This document shows positions 31,337 to 41,668 of a DNA stretch of 64,000 bases, piece by piece (within the stretch, counting starts at the first letter, position 1; every line of letters begins with the position of its first letter). Source of the stretch: an uncultured delta proteobacterium. Its GTDB lineage: Bacteria; Desulfobacterota; Binatia; UBA9968. The notes under the pieces were generated by a model. It had not been told where the DNA came from. It did no database searches and saw only the letters and a program-made list of their open reading frames with translations. Made by a program: the position numbers and the translations under genes. Where the stretch lies: assembly GCA_963771465.1 (NCBI GenBank), contig CAVYTU010000018.1:130490-194489 (forward strand), written 5' to 3'.

Positions 31337-31352
31337 AGCAAGAGCCATACCA
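31337..31352 (-). promoter_or_regulatory. Sigma54 (-24/-12) promoter candidate
   Basis: Minus strand TGGTATGGCTCTTGCT (GG-N10-GC), upstream of the DUF2541-like gene. Confidence 0.6.
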
Positions 31353-31567
31353 CACCTCGAATTACGTAAATTTGCTTGATTATCTCCCGCTACTGGAATC
31401 GTTGATAGATTTTTTCGTATGCGTTTTTCCTACAATCCTGTCAAACCAAATATGTTGATCGGCGTCGCTGCCCGCATACATTCCCCTAGTGCGCGCGATG
31501 AGGATTGATGTATAGAAGAGAGAAATCGGGCTATGGATCAGGGCTGATGTGAGGTGCGACAAGGATT

Positions 31568-32548
31568 ATGAATATCGACCTTCATTCCCATTTTTTTCCT
31601 GTGGACGCGTTGCAGCATCCTGGCAAATACGAAAAACGCGCGCCGAAGCTGGTATTGGAGAACGGCAAGCTGTCGGTCACATCGCAAATTGGTTTTCGTC
31701 CTGGGCTCGGTGCCGGAGCTTATGATGCGCAAGCGCGGATCAAGGCGCTCGATGAGATGGGCATCGACCTACAGGCGATATCGCCGTCGCCGATTCTACT
31801 ATTTTATTGGGAGGACGCGGCGGTCGCCGCGCACTTTTCGCGCAAGCAGAACGAAGCGATTCAGTCCGTAGTACAGAAACATCCTGACCGTTTTGTTGGT
31901 TTCGGCAGCGTGCCGTTGCAGAGCGTTGCCGATTCCATCGCCATCGCTGAAGAAGCGAAGAGCATGGGACTGAAAGGTTTGGAGATTGGCAACGCGGTCG
32001 GCGACAAGCCACTCGACGATCCAAGCTTCGAACCCTTCTTTGAGGCGGCGCAAAAATTAGACCTGCTCTTGTTCGTCCATCCGCTTGAAGGCGGTCTCGA
32101 CGCTGACGACCCGTTGTCGCCAATCCTCGGCAACGTTTTGCAGTTTACTTTTCGCACGACGATGATGGTTGAGCGGATGATTATCACCGGCATGTTGGAA
32201 AAATATCCTAATCTTAAGTTGTGCCTTTCCCACGGCGGTGGATTATTGGCATTTAATGTCTGGCGATTGGATCACTCCTACGGCTTGCGCGCGGACTTGC
32301 AAAAACGGCTGCCAAAGAAACCGTCCGAGTATTTAACGAAGCTTTACTTCGATACCATCGTTCATTCCGTCGCGGCGTTGCGTTATTTAATTCAGGTCGC
32401 CGGCATAGACCGCGTGGTGCTGGGCACCGATTATCCGATGGCCATGGGTGATTTCGCGACAGTGGACAAAGTCATGCAGCTGGAAATTTCTGACGCCGAG
32501 CGCGCGCAGATTCTTGGCGGTAACGCGGCGCGGGCGTTGAATCTTTAG
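31568..32548 (+). CDS. Amidohydrolase-2 family protein (ACMSD-like decarboxylase)
   Basis: IDLHSHF, LFVHP, SHGGG, LGTDYP. Confidence 0.9.
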   Translation: MNIDLHSHFFPVDALQHPGKYEKRAPKLVLENGKLSVTSQIGFRPGLGAGAYDAQARIKALDEMGIDLQAISPSPILLFYWEDAAVAAHFSRKQNEAIQSVVQKHPDRFVGFGSVPLQSVADSIAIAEEAKSMGLKGLEIGNAVGDKPLDDPSFEPFFEAAQKLDLLLFVHPLEGGLDADDPLSPILGNVLQFTFRTTMMVERMIITGMLEKYPNLKLCLSHGGGLLAFNVWRLDHSYGLRADLQKRLPKKPSEYLTKLYFDTIVHSVAALRYLIQVAGIDRVVLGTDYPMAMGDFATVDKVMQLEISDAERAQILGGNAARALNL

Positions 32549-32615
32549 CGGCGACGCGATAAGGCAAGCGGGCCAATAGCTCCAAGGACGACGGTTATAA
32601 TATGCGGAGGTCGCT

Positions 32616-33611
32616 ATGCGTACGGCGTTGCTGGCATTTCTAATATTTCTTGTCAGTGGCTGTGCGGCCATACAGATGGGCAGCCCGACGGTCTCGATTC
32701 TGGTTGATCTAGATCCGGCGAGCACGGATCGCACAGCGATTGTGGAGAGTGTCACGGCCGATCAGCAGGGGCGGCTCTATTTGGCTGACTGGGTCTCGGG
32801 AAATATCCTACGCGTTGACCCAAAGGCGCCAAAGCCGGTGGTCGTCGGTCGTATTGAAAACCGTCAGATCGCGGGAAAGAGCGTCCGCGGCGATGGCCGA
32901 GGAGTTGCGTTTAACGCACAGGGCGATCTGTTCATTGCTTGTGACCCCTTCGGTGAGGTTGTTCGAATCAAAAATGCAGATATCAACGCCGAGAAACCTG
33001 GAATCGCCGAAACGTTCGCAACCGGTACCGAAGGCGCCAATGGAATCGTGTTCGACAAGAAGGGAAATCTTTACGTAGCGGGCGCCCGAACCGGCCGAGT
33101 CTACCGCGTCGGACCTGCTGGTGGCCGGGCTGAAGTCGTGCTCCGGATCGAGCCTCATAACCGAATATTGTCTGATAAGAAAACCCAGCAGCCCATCGTC
33201 GCGAATGGATTGGCGTTCGATGCCAACGGGATCCTTTACATTAGCGACACCGCTCGCGGCGCTATTTGGAAAACAACGATCGGCGCCGATGGAAGTGTCG
33301 GCAAACCGACCTTACTGGCGCAAAGTTCTCTGTTGGAAGGGGCGGATGGGTTGGATTTCGATCGGAGCGGTAAGCTTTGGGTCACAGCCAACGAGAGAAA
33401 TGCGATTCTCACTCTCACCTCCGACGGCAAGGTTCAAGAGATCGCCAAGAACGGCAGCCAGGGTCCGCTGGAGTTTCCCTCCGCCATCGTGTTTGTCGGC
33501 AACGCCGCTTACGTGAGCAATAATGACACGCCGCGGGGAGATAACTTGGACGCCAACGGCGCCACCGCGCGCGACGGCATCGGTGCTTCGATCGCGCAGA
33601 TCACGCCCTAG
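32616..33611 (+). CDS. SMP-30/gluconolactonase/LRE-like beta-propeller lipoprotein
   Basis: Lipobox VSGC, repeated ANGIVFD/ANGLAFD/ADGLDFD blades. Confidence 0.85.
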   Translation: MRTALLAFLIFLVSGCAAIQMGSPTVSILVDLDPASTDRTAIVESVTADQQGRLYLADWVSGNILRVDPKAPKPVVVGRIENRQIAGKSVRGDGRGVAFNAQGDLFIACDPFGEVVRIKNADINAEKPGIAETFATGTEGANGIVFDKKGNLYVAGARTGRVYRVGPAGGRAEVVLRIEPHNRILSDKKTQQPIVANGLAFDANGILYISDTARGAIWKTTIGADGSVGKPTLLAQSSLLEGADGLDFDRSGKLWVTANERNAILTLTSDGKVQEIAKNGSQGPLEFPSAIVFVGNAAYVSNNDTPRGDNLDANGATARDGIGASIAQITP

Positions 33612-33619
33612 GATTCAAA

Positions 33620-34396
33620 ATGTCGCTGCTGACAATCGAAGGCGTCGCTAAGGAGTATTCCGTTCGCGGCACGAGAGTCGTCGCTCTCGAATCCATCGAT
33701 TTAGACATCGCCGAGGGTGAATTCGTCACCATCGTCGGACCGTCGGGCTGCGGCAAATCGACGTTGCTCAATTTGATCGTCGGCCTGCTGCGCTCGACGT
33801 CCGGCCGCATTACCTTTCGCGGCCAACGCATCGATGGCATCTGCACTAAGATCGGTTACGTCACCCAGAAAGACAACCTGCTGCCATGGCGCACCTTGGT
33901 CCAGAACGTCGAGATCGCCTTGGAAATTCGCGGCGTGGAAGCCGGGTCGCGCCGAACCCAGGCGCGCGAGTACATCGAGCGGGTCGGTCTCGGTGGCTTC
34001 GAAGAGCATTATCCCCATGAACTTTCCGGCGGCATGCGCCAGCGCGCCAATATAATTCGCACGTTGATCTACGATCCCGAGCTGATTCTGATGGACGAAC
34101 CCTTCGGCCCGCTCGATGCGCAGACGAGGATTGTTTTGCAAGATCAGCTTTTGCAGCTTTGGTCGGCATCCAAGAAAACGATTATATTCATAACCCACGA
34201 TCTCGTCGAAGCGATCACGCTGGCGGACCGGGTCGTGTTGATGAGCTCCAGACCGGGAAAGATTAAATCCATCGAGAACGTTTCGATTCCCCGGCCGCGC
34301 GACGTGTTCAAGATTCATGAAAGCCAGCAATTCCGTGCCGTCTACGAGCGGCTTTGGCAGCAGCTGCGACCCGAAGTCAAACTAGCAGAAGCGTAG
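33620..34396 (+). CDS. NitT/TauT family ABC transporter ATP-binding protein
   Basis: GPSGCGKST, LSGGMRQR, LMDEPF. Confidence 0.95.
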   Translation: MSLLTIEGVAKEYSVRGTRVVALESIDLDIAEGEFVTIVGPSGCGKSTLLNLIVGLLRSTSGRITFRGQRIDGICTKIGYVTQKDNLLPWRTLVQNVEIALEIRGVEAGSRRTQAREYIERVGLGGFEEHYPHELSGGMRQRANIIRTLIYDPELILMDEPFGPLDAQTRIVLQDQLLQLWSASKKTIIFITHDLVEAITLADRVVLMSSRPGKIKSIENVSIPRPRDVFKIHESQQFRAVYERLWQQLRPEVKLAEA

Positions 34397-34411
34397 AAAG
34401 GAATATCGATA

Positions 34412-35425
34412 ATGAAGAAGATCATGGGGATGATTCTGAGCGCGGTGATTTTCCTTGGCTGGTTTTCCGTGTCCGCGCGGGCGCAAGCGCCGCGCAAAGT
34501 GAAAATGACGATTCCCGTCGTCGCCCACTCGATGACGCCGGTGTATGTCGCCCAGAGCAAAGGCTTCTTTGCCGAAGAGAAGCTCGAACTCGACATCACT
34601 TCCACAGGCGGCGGCGGTCCCGACATTCGAGCCCTCATCGCCGGCGACGTCGAGTTCACTTTTACCACCGGTGACAACGTCATACTGGCGCATCAGGAAG
34701 GCAAGCGGCTGTTGATGGTGATGAGCGGCCTTAACAAAGTGTTCATCAACTGGGCGATGCACAAGGAGGCCGCCAAGGCGAAGGGTATCACCGAGTCGAT
34801 GCCGCTGGCGGATAAAATCAAAACGCTCAAGGGGCTCAACGTGGGAGTGACCAATCCCGGCGCATTGACGGCGCACCTGGCGGCGTTCGTTATTCGCAAA
34901 GCGGGATACAACCCGCAGCAAGACGTGCAGGTGGTTCCCATCGGTGCCGGGCCGACTTGGCTCGCGGCTTTGGAAAATCGCAAAGTGGATGTCGCGTTGA
35001 CGGCGCCGCCGGTGCCGGAGACGGCGATCAGCCGCGGCTTCGCGATCATGTTCATCAACAACGCCAAAGGCGAAGACCCATCGATCCCGGAATTTCTCAT
35101 GGAGAATCTCGTCGCTCGTCCCGAGACGGTGGCCAAAGATGGTGATATCGTGCGGCGCATGGTGCGCGCGCTCACGCGGGCAAATCAATGGGCGCTCAAG
35201 AGCACGCCTGAACAACTGGCCGACGCATTGAAGCCGGCGCTGGGCAAAACCCCGCCTGATTTATTACTCGCCGGCGCCGCATCGGTGATGCCGGCGCTCA
35301 GCCCCGACGGCCGCACCAGCGAGCGAAGCTTTCAAGTGACCCAGGACGTTCTCGAACAGGCGGGCATCTTGAAAAAACGCGCGCCTTACAGCGAACTTGT
35401 CACCAATGAGTTTCTCGCGAAATGA
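34412..35425 (+). CDS. NitT/TauT family ABC substrate-binding protein
   Basis: Signal peptide, KGFFAEEKLE, lies between the ATPase and the permease. Confidence 0.9.
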   Translation: MKKIMGMILSAVIFLGWFSVSARAQAPRKVKMTIPVVAHSMTPVYVAQSKGFFAEEKLELDITSTGGGGPDIRALIAGDVEFTFTTGDNVILAHQEGKRLLMVMSGLNKVFINWAMHKEAAKAKGITESMPLADKIKTLKGLNVGVTNPGALTAHLAAFVIRKAGYNPQQDVQVVPIGAGPTWLAALENRKVDVALTAPPVPETAISRGFAIMFINNAKGEDPSIPEFLMENLVARPETVAKDGDIVRRMVRALTRANQWALKSTPEQLADALKPALGKTPPDLLLAGAASVMPALSPDGRTSERSFQVTQDVLEQAGILKKRAPYSELVTNEFLAK

Positions 35426-36207
35426 TCAGCCGCGGCCGACTTTTTCTTTACCGGCTGATTTTCGCTGTGGTTCTGCTCGCCCTTTGGGAGCTGAGCTCGG
35501 GACGATGGATCGATCCCTTTTGGGTATCGAGCCCGTCACAAGTATTTTTATATCTCTACGGAGTATTCGCCGACGGTTCCATTTACGGCCATCTGGCGAT
35601 TACTCTCTACGAGACTTTCGCGGGTTTTTTCATCGGCTCGATTTTCGGTATAGGCTTGGGTTTCGCGCTTGGGCAGCGCGAAGTGCTGGCGCAAATCCTC
35701 GACCCCTTCGTCGTCGCTTTTAACGGTATACCGCGCATCGCCTTGGCGCCGCTGTTTATTATCTGGTTCGGCATCGGCCCGACTTCCAAGGTGATTCTCG
35801 TCATCAGCGTGGTGTTCTTTCTCACCTTCTTCAATACTTTCGCCGGCGTCAAAGGCGTCGACAACGAGCTCAAAAATATTCTTCGCATCATGGGCGCCAG
35901 CGAACGGCAAATTCTCTTGAAAGTCACTTTGCCGGCGATCGTGCCGTGGATCACCACCGGATTAAAGATCGGCCTGCCGTATGCCATCGTCGCCGCCGTG
36001 GTGGGAGAATTTATCGCCGCCAGCAAAGGCTTGGGCTATCTGATCAATTACAATACCTCGCTGTTCTCGACCACCGGAGCGCTTGGCGGCATTTTGATTC
36101 TTGCCCTGGTCGTCGTGCTGTGCAACGAAGCGATCACCCGGGCGGAAACTTATTTCCTGCGCTGGCGCCCAAGCGACGAAAAGAAAGCCGAAGGGGAGTT
36201 GTACTAG
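35422..36207 (+). CDS. NitT/TauT family ABC transporter permease
   Basis: PRIALAPLFIIWFGIG, AVVGEFIAASKGLG. Confidence 0.93.
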   Translation: MISRGRLFLYRLIFAVVLLALWELSSGRWIDPFWVSSPSQVFLYLYGVFADGSIYGHLAITLYETFAGFFIGSIFGIGLGFALGQREVLAQILDPFVVAFNGIPRIALAPLFIIWFGIGPTSKVILVISVVFFLTFFNTFAGVKGVDNELKNILRIMGASERQILLKVTLPAIVPWITTGLKIGLPYAIVAAVVGEFIAASKGLGYLINYNTSLFSTTGALGGILILALVVVLCNEAITRAETYFLRWRPSDEKKAEGELY

Positions 36208-36241
36208 AAGTTTTCATTTCGGATGGTGAAGTAAAATTGAC

Positions 36242-36423
36242 GCAGCGAGTGAGGCGCAATCCTTCCGTAGTGACGACCATGGGTCTGTGCCTCTTAGCAG
36301 GCAACCGGCATCTTTACTCAGCGAGCAATCCTTTGCCTTTGGAATTGCTTGCCAACCACGCAGATTAACTTTGCAGCCGCAGCGTTGGGTGTTGTCACTA
36401 CTCCATCGCACCTCACTCGGCGC
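36242..36423. ncRNA. Candidate structured noncoding RNA (nested long stems)
   Basis: 36246-36260 pairs with 36405-36419, 36267-36277 with 36391-36401, and a central hairpin 36321-36331 with 36341-36352. No credible ORF. Confidence 0.45.
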
Positions 36424-36452
36424 ACGTAATGCTCTAACTACAGAATCTCCAT

Positions 36453-37736
36453 CTAGCCGAGCCGCTCCAGAGCGTGGAGCGCCAAACCTTGAGCGACCGA
36501 AGTAAATTCCTCGCCGGCGCGGATCGGCACGTTGGGGAATTTTTGTTCGAAGAGCCGGCGCACTGCGGGAACGAAGGACGAGCCACCGGTCATGAAGACG
36601 GCATCCACGTCGTTCGCCGCGACGCTGCACTTCGACAGCAAGCGGTTGACGCAGTCGGCGATCTGCCGTACCTCGGGATCGATCCAGCTTTCGAATTCGT
36701 TACGCTGTACCGCTTTCTCGATATCGACGGCGGCTTCGCTGAAGCGGAACTCGGCGATCGGGGTTTCCGAGAGAGTGCACTTGGCTGACTCGATCGCCCG
36801 ATAGAGCCGGTAGCCGAGATCGTGATCGACGAGGTCGATGAGCGCGTCGATCTTCACCGGTTCGAGCGCCTGGTAGCGAATCTGCTTAAGCAGTTCCATA
36901 TTTTTTCGTGTTTTCAAAAACGACAGATAATGCCAGCGTTCCAAATGCTCAAAGAGCCAGTACGGTACAGGCAAGACTTTGCCGAACTGCGAGCGATATT
37001 TGGAGCCGAGACCGAGCATCGGCGCGACCAGATTGCGCACCAGCTTGCTGTCGAAGGTATCGCCGGCGATGCCAACACCGTCATTGCCGATAACTTGGTT
37101 TTTTAGGTTGTGATTGCTGGCGCGCTTGGCGGTCAATTGCACCAAAGAAAAATCGCTGGTGCCGCCGCCAAAGTCCGCGATCAGGACCAGCTCGTCGTGA
37201 TCGAGCTGTTGCTGATACTTATAAGCAGCGGCCACCGGTTCACCGAGAAAATCGACGTGGTTGAAACCGGCGTTGCGAAACGCCGTGCGCAGGCGGTTTA
37301 CGGCAAAGTCATCATCGTCCGCGCTTTTCGTGCCGCTGAAATGCACCGGGCGACCGACAACCAGGCTTGTTCCTAGATCACCGAATTGGGCTTCGGCGGA
37401 CTGGCGCAGGTGACGCAGCAGTATGCCGATCAATTCTTGCAGCGAGTAGGTCTCGCCGAAAATCTGCGTCTGACTAAACAAGCGGCTGGCGAGGTAAGAC
37501 TTGGTTGACTGTATCAGCCGCCCCGGAGTTTTGGCGTTCAAATAGCTTTGGATCGCCTCGGGTCCGGCAACCACGCGGAGCTTGTTGACGCGCGAATTTT
37601 CATCCTCATCGAAATACAAAATCGAGCGGAACGTCGAACCCGCGCCGAAGTTCGCGACTTCGACCGTACGATCCGCATGGGCGCGGGCGAGGGCACTGTT
37701 GGTCGTGCCAAAGTCGAGTCCGAAAGCTTGGCGCAA
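36453..37736 (-). CDS. yegD: Hsp70-family chaperone-like protein YegD
   Basis: GLDFGTTNS, EPVAAA, DFGGGTSDFS, TGGSS. No substrate-binding domain. Confidence 0.88.
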   Translation of the reverse strand: MRQAFGLDFGTTNSALARAHADRTVEVANFGAGSTFRSILYFDEDENSRVNKLRVVAGPEAIQSYLNAKTPGRLIQSTKSYLASRLFSQTQIFGETYSLQELIGILLRHLRQSAEAQFGDLGTSLVVGRPVHFSGTKSADDDDFAVNRLRTAFRNAGFNHVDFLGEPVAAAYKYQQQLDHDELVLIADFGGGTSDFSLVQLTAKRASNHNLKNQVIGNDGVGIAGDTFDSKLVRNLVAPMLGLGSKYRSQFGKVLPVPYWLFEHLERWHYLSFLKTRKNMELLKQIRYQALEPVKIDALIDLVDHDLGYRLYRAIESAKCTLSETPIAEFRFSEAAVDIEKAVQRNEFESWIDPEVRQIADCVNRLLSKCSVAANDVDAVFMTGGSSFVPAVRRLFEQKFPNVPIRAGEEFTSVAQGLALHALERLG

Positions 37737-38061
37737 AACTGTCTCCAGTGGGGAAAAGGATAAGCCCCAAGTTTAGCATTCACGGCGAGCTTGCTAAAGA
37801 GAGTGACGGAACGGGCCGGCTAAAAGTTGCATCAAAGTCGTGCCCGTTGCCACAGCGTCTTCCGCTTTGCATTTCTTTCAAACACGACCATGCCCATGGC
37901 TTGGCCAGGATGACCTAGTTGTTGTAGTTCAGGTGCGCCGAAATTCACCATGACATTTGCTGTCGCGTACTGCCGCCAACTGTCATTGGGAAGTTACCGA
38001 GTATTGTCATCTGGATTCATAAGAAGTCGCTGGAATTTGCGCCCATTCTCTTAACGCTCAG

Positions 38062-38077
38062 TGGCATCGCAGTTGCT
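38062..38077 (+). promoter_or_regulatory. Sigma54 (-24/-12) promoter candidate
   Basis: TGGCATCGCAGTTGCT, with TGTCA/TGACA boxes about 50-110 bp upstream. Confidence 0.65.
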
Positions 38078-38158
38078 CAATCAGACATGGATGAGCTGAC
38101 GGACGTTAGGCCAATGACTTGGCCAGTCCAGTCTTGCCAAACAAGGATTTTTCGTGTC

Positions 38159-41100
38159 ATGCGGATTAGGCTGAATACAAATTTACGAGCCCGGCTGTTT
38201 CAGCTAGTTTTCGTTGCGCTGCTACCGGCGCTCGGGTTGATCATTTATCACGCCGGCGAGCAGAGCAGCAAAGCCGTTAGCGATGCGGAGAACGAGATGC
38301 TGCGCATGGCGCGTGTGGTTGCCGCCGAACAGCGGCGATTTATCGACAGCTCGGGCCACTTGCTGATTGCTTTGTCGCAGCTTCCCGCAGTGCGCCAGCT
38401 GGACAAACGCGAGTGCAGCATTTTGTTCGCCCGCCTGCTTAAAGGATACCATTCCTATTCCAATCTGGCGGTGGCGACGGTCGATGGAAATGTGGTGTGC
38501 AGCGGGCGGGCAACCGAACTTGGCACTAACGTCGCCGACCAGCGCTTCTTTCAAGAAGCGCTCCAGCGCCGAGAGCTGGGGATTGGCACTTATCAAGCCG
38601 AGCAGAATTCAACGAGAGGATCGCTCAGTCTCGGATACCCAGTTTTCACTGGTGCCGAGCAGCCGCCGGCTGTGGTTTTTGTTGCCGTGGATTTAGTCTG
38701 GCTCAACCACACCGCCAAACTCACCAGCTTGCCGGAAGGCTCCGAGGTGACTGTTTACGATGGAAACGCGACGATCCTGTCGCGCCACCCGCAGGCCGAA
38801 GGTTTCGTCGGCAAATCATTTCCTAATACCGAGATCGTCAAAATCATGATGGCGCGTGGAGAAGGGGTGGCGGAAGCTACCGCGGTAGACGGCAAGCAGC
38901 GGCTCTTCGGCTTTGTCTCGATCGGCAGTGCCACACATAAGAAGCAAATCTTTTTGCATGTGGGCGTACCGAAAGGGTTGGCGCTCAGTGACGCCGATTG
39001 GTACCTAACGCGGAACCTCAGCGCGTTGTTGGCCGTCGGATTCCTGGCACTTTTCATCGCCTGGTATCTGGGCGACGTCTTGTTGGTACGTCAGATAAAA
39101 GGTATGGCGCAAACCACGAAGCGCATCGGCGCCGGCGATTTCACGGCGCGCACCGGGCTCAGCCGGCGTAGCAATGAGCTCGACCGTTTCGCGGCGTCCC
39201 TCGATAAGATGGCCGAGATGCTCGATCTTCGGGACCGGGAAGCGGAAAAGGCCAAGCAGCGAGCCCAGCGTCAATTACAACGCTTTGATGCGTTACGTGA
39301 AATCGATATGGCCATATCTTCAAAGCTCGATTTGGCGGCGGTGCTGCAAGTGTTGCTTGCGAAAATCGAGCTCGTCTTACCGGGCGGTGTCGCGACGATT
39401 CGTCTATTCAATAAAAGGTCGGGAGAGTTGGAGGCGGTCGCCGGTCGCAATCTCGATAATCATTCCTGGCATGCCGAGAATTGTCGGTGCGTACATGGCT
39501 TTGAAAAAACGGTTTTGGAAAACCGCATTCCATTGACCATTGCTAACGTACAGACCGATCCACGCGTTGCGAGCCATCGATTTGCCACGAAGTTTGGCCT
39601 GATCTCTTGTCTGGTTTTGCCGCTGATCGCGGCCGGTGATTTAGTCGGCTTGATCGATTTTTATACGACGAAAGAACACGCCTTCGACGACGAAGAGATA
39701 GATTTTCTTTCCGCTTTGGCAGGATTGGCCGCGGTGGCGAGTCATAACGGCCGGCTGTTCGAAGAGATTCGCCGGCGCGAAGCCGAGGCGCTAGCGCTAC
39801 ACGCATTGACCGCTGCTGCCTCGCAATCTCTCGACCTCAATATCGTCTTGAAAGAAGCGGTGGAGAAAATTGGCGAGAATTTTCAGTTCGATGCCACGCG
39901 GATATTTTTGTTCAACCACGACATGACCGAGCTGGAGGTCAGAGCCGCCAGCGAAAGATGCCCCGAATTTTGGTTGGAGTCGAGACGATTTCAGCGCGGC
40001 GAGTCGATTGTCGGGCGAGTCGCGGACATGGGCGAAGCGATGCTGTTCGAAGACTTAACCACGGACGGGCGTTATCGCCAACTCAGTTTGACCAAGGCGG
40101 CGGAGAAGTCTGGCAATCGGTTCCTAGGGGTTTTCCCGCTCAAGACTAAATTTAAAATCTGGGGAGCCGCGGTTTTTGCCGGCGCAGCAGCGCGGAAGAT
40201 TGCTGACGAGGACTTCCGGCTTTTGACGTCCATGTGCCAGCAGGTCGGGATTGCCGTGGAAAATGCCAATTTGTACGAGCAGACCGCCGCTAAAGCCAAG
40301 GAATTGACGGCGCTTTATGCGTTCGCCGGATTGGCCAGCCAATCCCTCGACGTTGACGTCTTGTTGCGCGAGACAACGTCGAAAATTCTGGAAATTTTTC
40401 AGTTTGACGCGGCGCAGGTGTTCTTGCGCCAACGTCAAGGTGATGGTCTTGAGTTGGCGACGCATGTCGGGTTCTCTCCGGTCTTCACTCCGGATAGCTG
40501 CTACCGGATCGGTGAAGGCCGACTGGGACGGGTTTTCGAGTCAGGCGAACCCATGTTCTCCGATGATATGGCGGCGGATCAAGGCGATCAAAACAGCGCC
40601 GGCAGCAAGGTCTTGTTGGAACTGGGGTTTCGGAGTTCATTCCTGCTACCGATCAAGTTAGGTGGCGAAAGTTTTGGCGTGATGAATTTTCTCTGCAAGA
40701 AAGCCTATGCGTTTTCTGAGAGCGATATTCACTTGATTCACGCGGCCGCCTACCATTTGGGCGTAGCCATCGGCAATGCCAAGCTCTATTCACAGGTTCG
40801 CGAAAAGTCCGTTGAGCTGGAAAAAGCCAACAAGGCCAAGGACGAATTTCTCGGCGTCATATCCCACGAACTGCGGACACCGCTCAATGTCATCAAGGGT
40901 TACGCGGAAGTCTTGCGGCAGAAAGTGTTTGGCGAAGTCAACATGGAGCAGGCGTCGGCGCTGGATAAAATCACGACGCAATCGCTGACGCTGCTGCGTA
41001 TGATCAACGATGTCTTGCAGGTGTCCTCGATTGAAGCCAATTCAACCCGATTAGTGTGTTCTGACATCGATCTCGTCGCGCTGTTAGCCGAACTGGGCGA

Positions 41101-41569
41101 GAGCTATCGGTTCGCCGGCGGAAAATCGGTCAGAACCGTTTGGGATATTCCATCCAATCTGCCGGCGGTTCGCACCGACGATGAGAAACTCCGGGCGATA
41201 CTGCAAAATCTGGTTAACAATGCGCTCAAATTCACCGAACAAGGAACGGTGACAGTTAGCGCGCGTTACCTTGTCAATAAAGACGTTGTTGAGTTTAACG
41301 TTATTGATACTGGCATCGGCATCCCCGCTGACAAGATAGGGGCCGTCTTCGAAATGTTTCAGCAGGTCGATAGTTCGGTCACCAGAGGTTATGGCGGCGT
41401 GGGATTAGGGCTCTACATCGTTAAGAACTTTACCGAACTGTTGGGCGGTGAAGTCTCGGTTGTGAGCGAACTCGGCGAGGGCACCACTTTTACAGTTAAG
41501 ATACCCGTTGCGGTCGATGCTGACGCTGGGCCGACTGAAACCAGGCCATCAACGGCACAAATGAATTAA
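38159..41569 (+). CDS. Membrane sensor histidine kinase (Cache-like, HAMP, 3xGAF, HisKA, HATPase)
   Basis: Two TM segments, HAMP (IGAGDFTARTG), three GAF repeats, SHELRTPL, NALKFT, DTGIGI, GVGLGL. Confidence 0.92.
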   Translation: MRIRLNTNLRARLFQLVFVALLPALGLIIYHAGEQSSKAVSDAENEMLRMARVVAAEQRRFIDSSGHLLIALSQLPAVRQLDKRECSILFARLLKGYHSYSNLAVATVDGNVVCSGRATELGTNVADQRFFQEALQRRELGIGTYQAEQNSTRGSLSLGYPVFTGAEQPPAVVFVAVDLVWLNHTAKLTSLPEGSEVTVYDGNATILSRHPQAEGFVGKSFPNTEIVKIMMARGEGVAEATAVDGKQRLFGFVSIGSATHKKQIFLHVGVPKGLALSDADWYLTRNLSALLAVGFLALFIAWYLGDVLLVRQIKGMAQTTKRIGAGDFTARTGLSRRSNELDRFAASLDKMAEMLDLRDREAEKAKQRAQRQLQRFDALREIDMAISSKLDLAAVLQVLLAKIELVLPGGVATIRLFNKRSGELEAVAGRNLDNHSWHAENCRCVHGFEKTVLENRIPLTIANVQTDPRVASHRFATKFGLISCLVLPLIAAGDLVGLIDFYTTKEHAFDDEEIDFLSALAGLAAVASHNGRLFEEIRRREAEALALHALTAAASQSLDLNIVLKEAVEKIGENFQFDATRIFLFNHDMTELEVRAASERCPEFWLESRRFQRGESIVGRVADMGEAMLFEDLTTDGRYRQLSLTKAAEKSGNRFLGVFPLKTKFKIWGAAVFAGAAARKIADEDFRLLTSMCQQVGIAVENANLYEQTAAKAKELTALYAFAGLASQSLDVDVLLRETTSKILEIFQFDAAQVFLRQRQGDGLELATHVGFSPVFTPDSCYRIGEGRLGRVFESGEPMFSDDMAADQGDQNSAGSKVLLELGFRSSFLLPIKLGGESFGVMNFLCKKAYAFSESDIHLIHAAAYHLGVAIGNAKLYSQVREKSVELEKANKAKDEFLGVISHELRTPLNVIKGYAEVLRQKVFGEVNMEQASALDKITTQSLTLLRMINDVLQVSSIEANSTRLVCSDIDLVALLAELGESYRFAGGKSVRTVWDIPSNLPAVRTDDEKLRAILQNLVNNALKFTEQGTVTVSARYLVNKDVVEFNVIDTGIGIPADKIGAVFEMFQQVDSSVTRGYGGVGLGLYIVKNFTELLGGEVSVVSELGEGTTFTVKIPVAVDADAGPTETRPSTAQMN

Positions 41570-41668
41570 CCATGATGTCATCTCTCACGTCGCGTCCGAA
41601 CCTGTGATCGTGGTGCGCCTGTGGTCGTATCCAATCATCCGATGGATTTTCGCTCGCCGGGAAGGCGA

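Noticed and set aside
37825-37848. Sigma54 promoter for yegD (GGCACG on the minus strand)
   Set aside because: The GG-to-GC spacing is not 10 nt.
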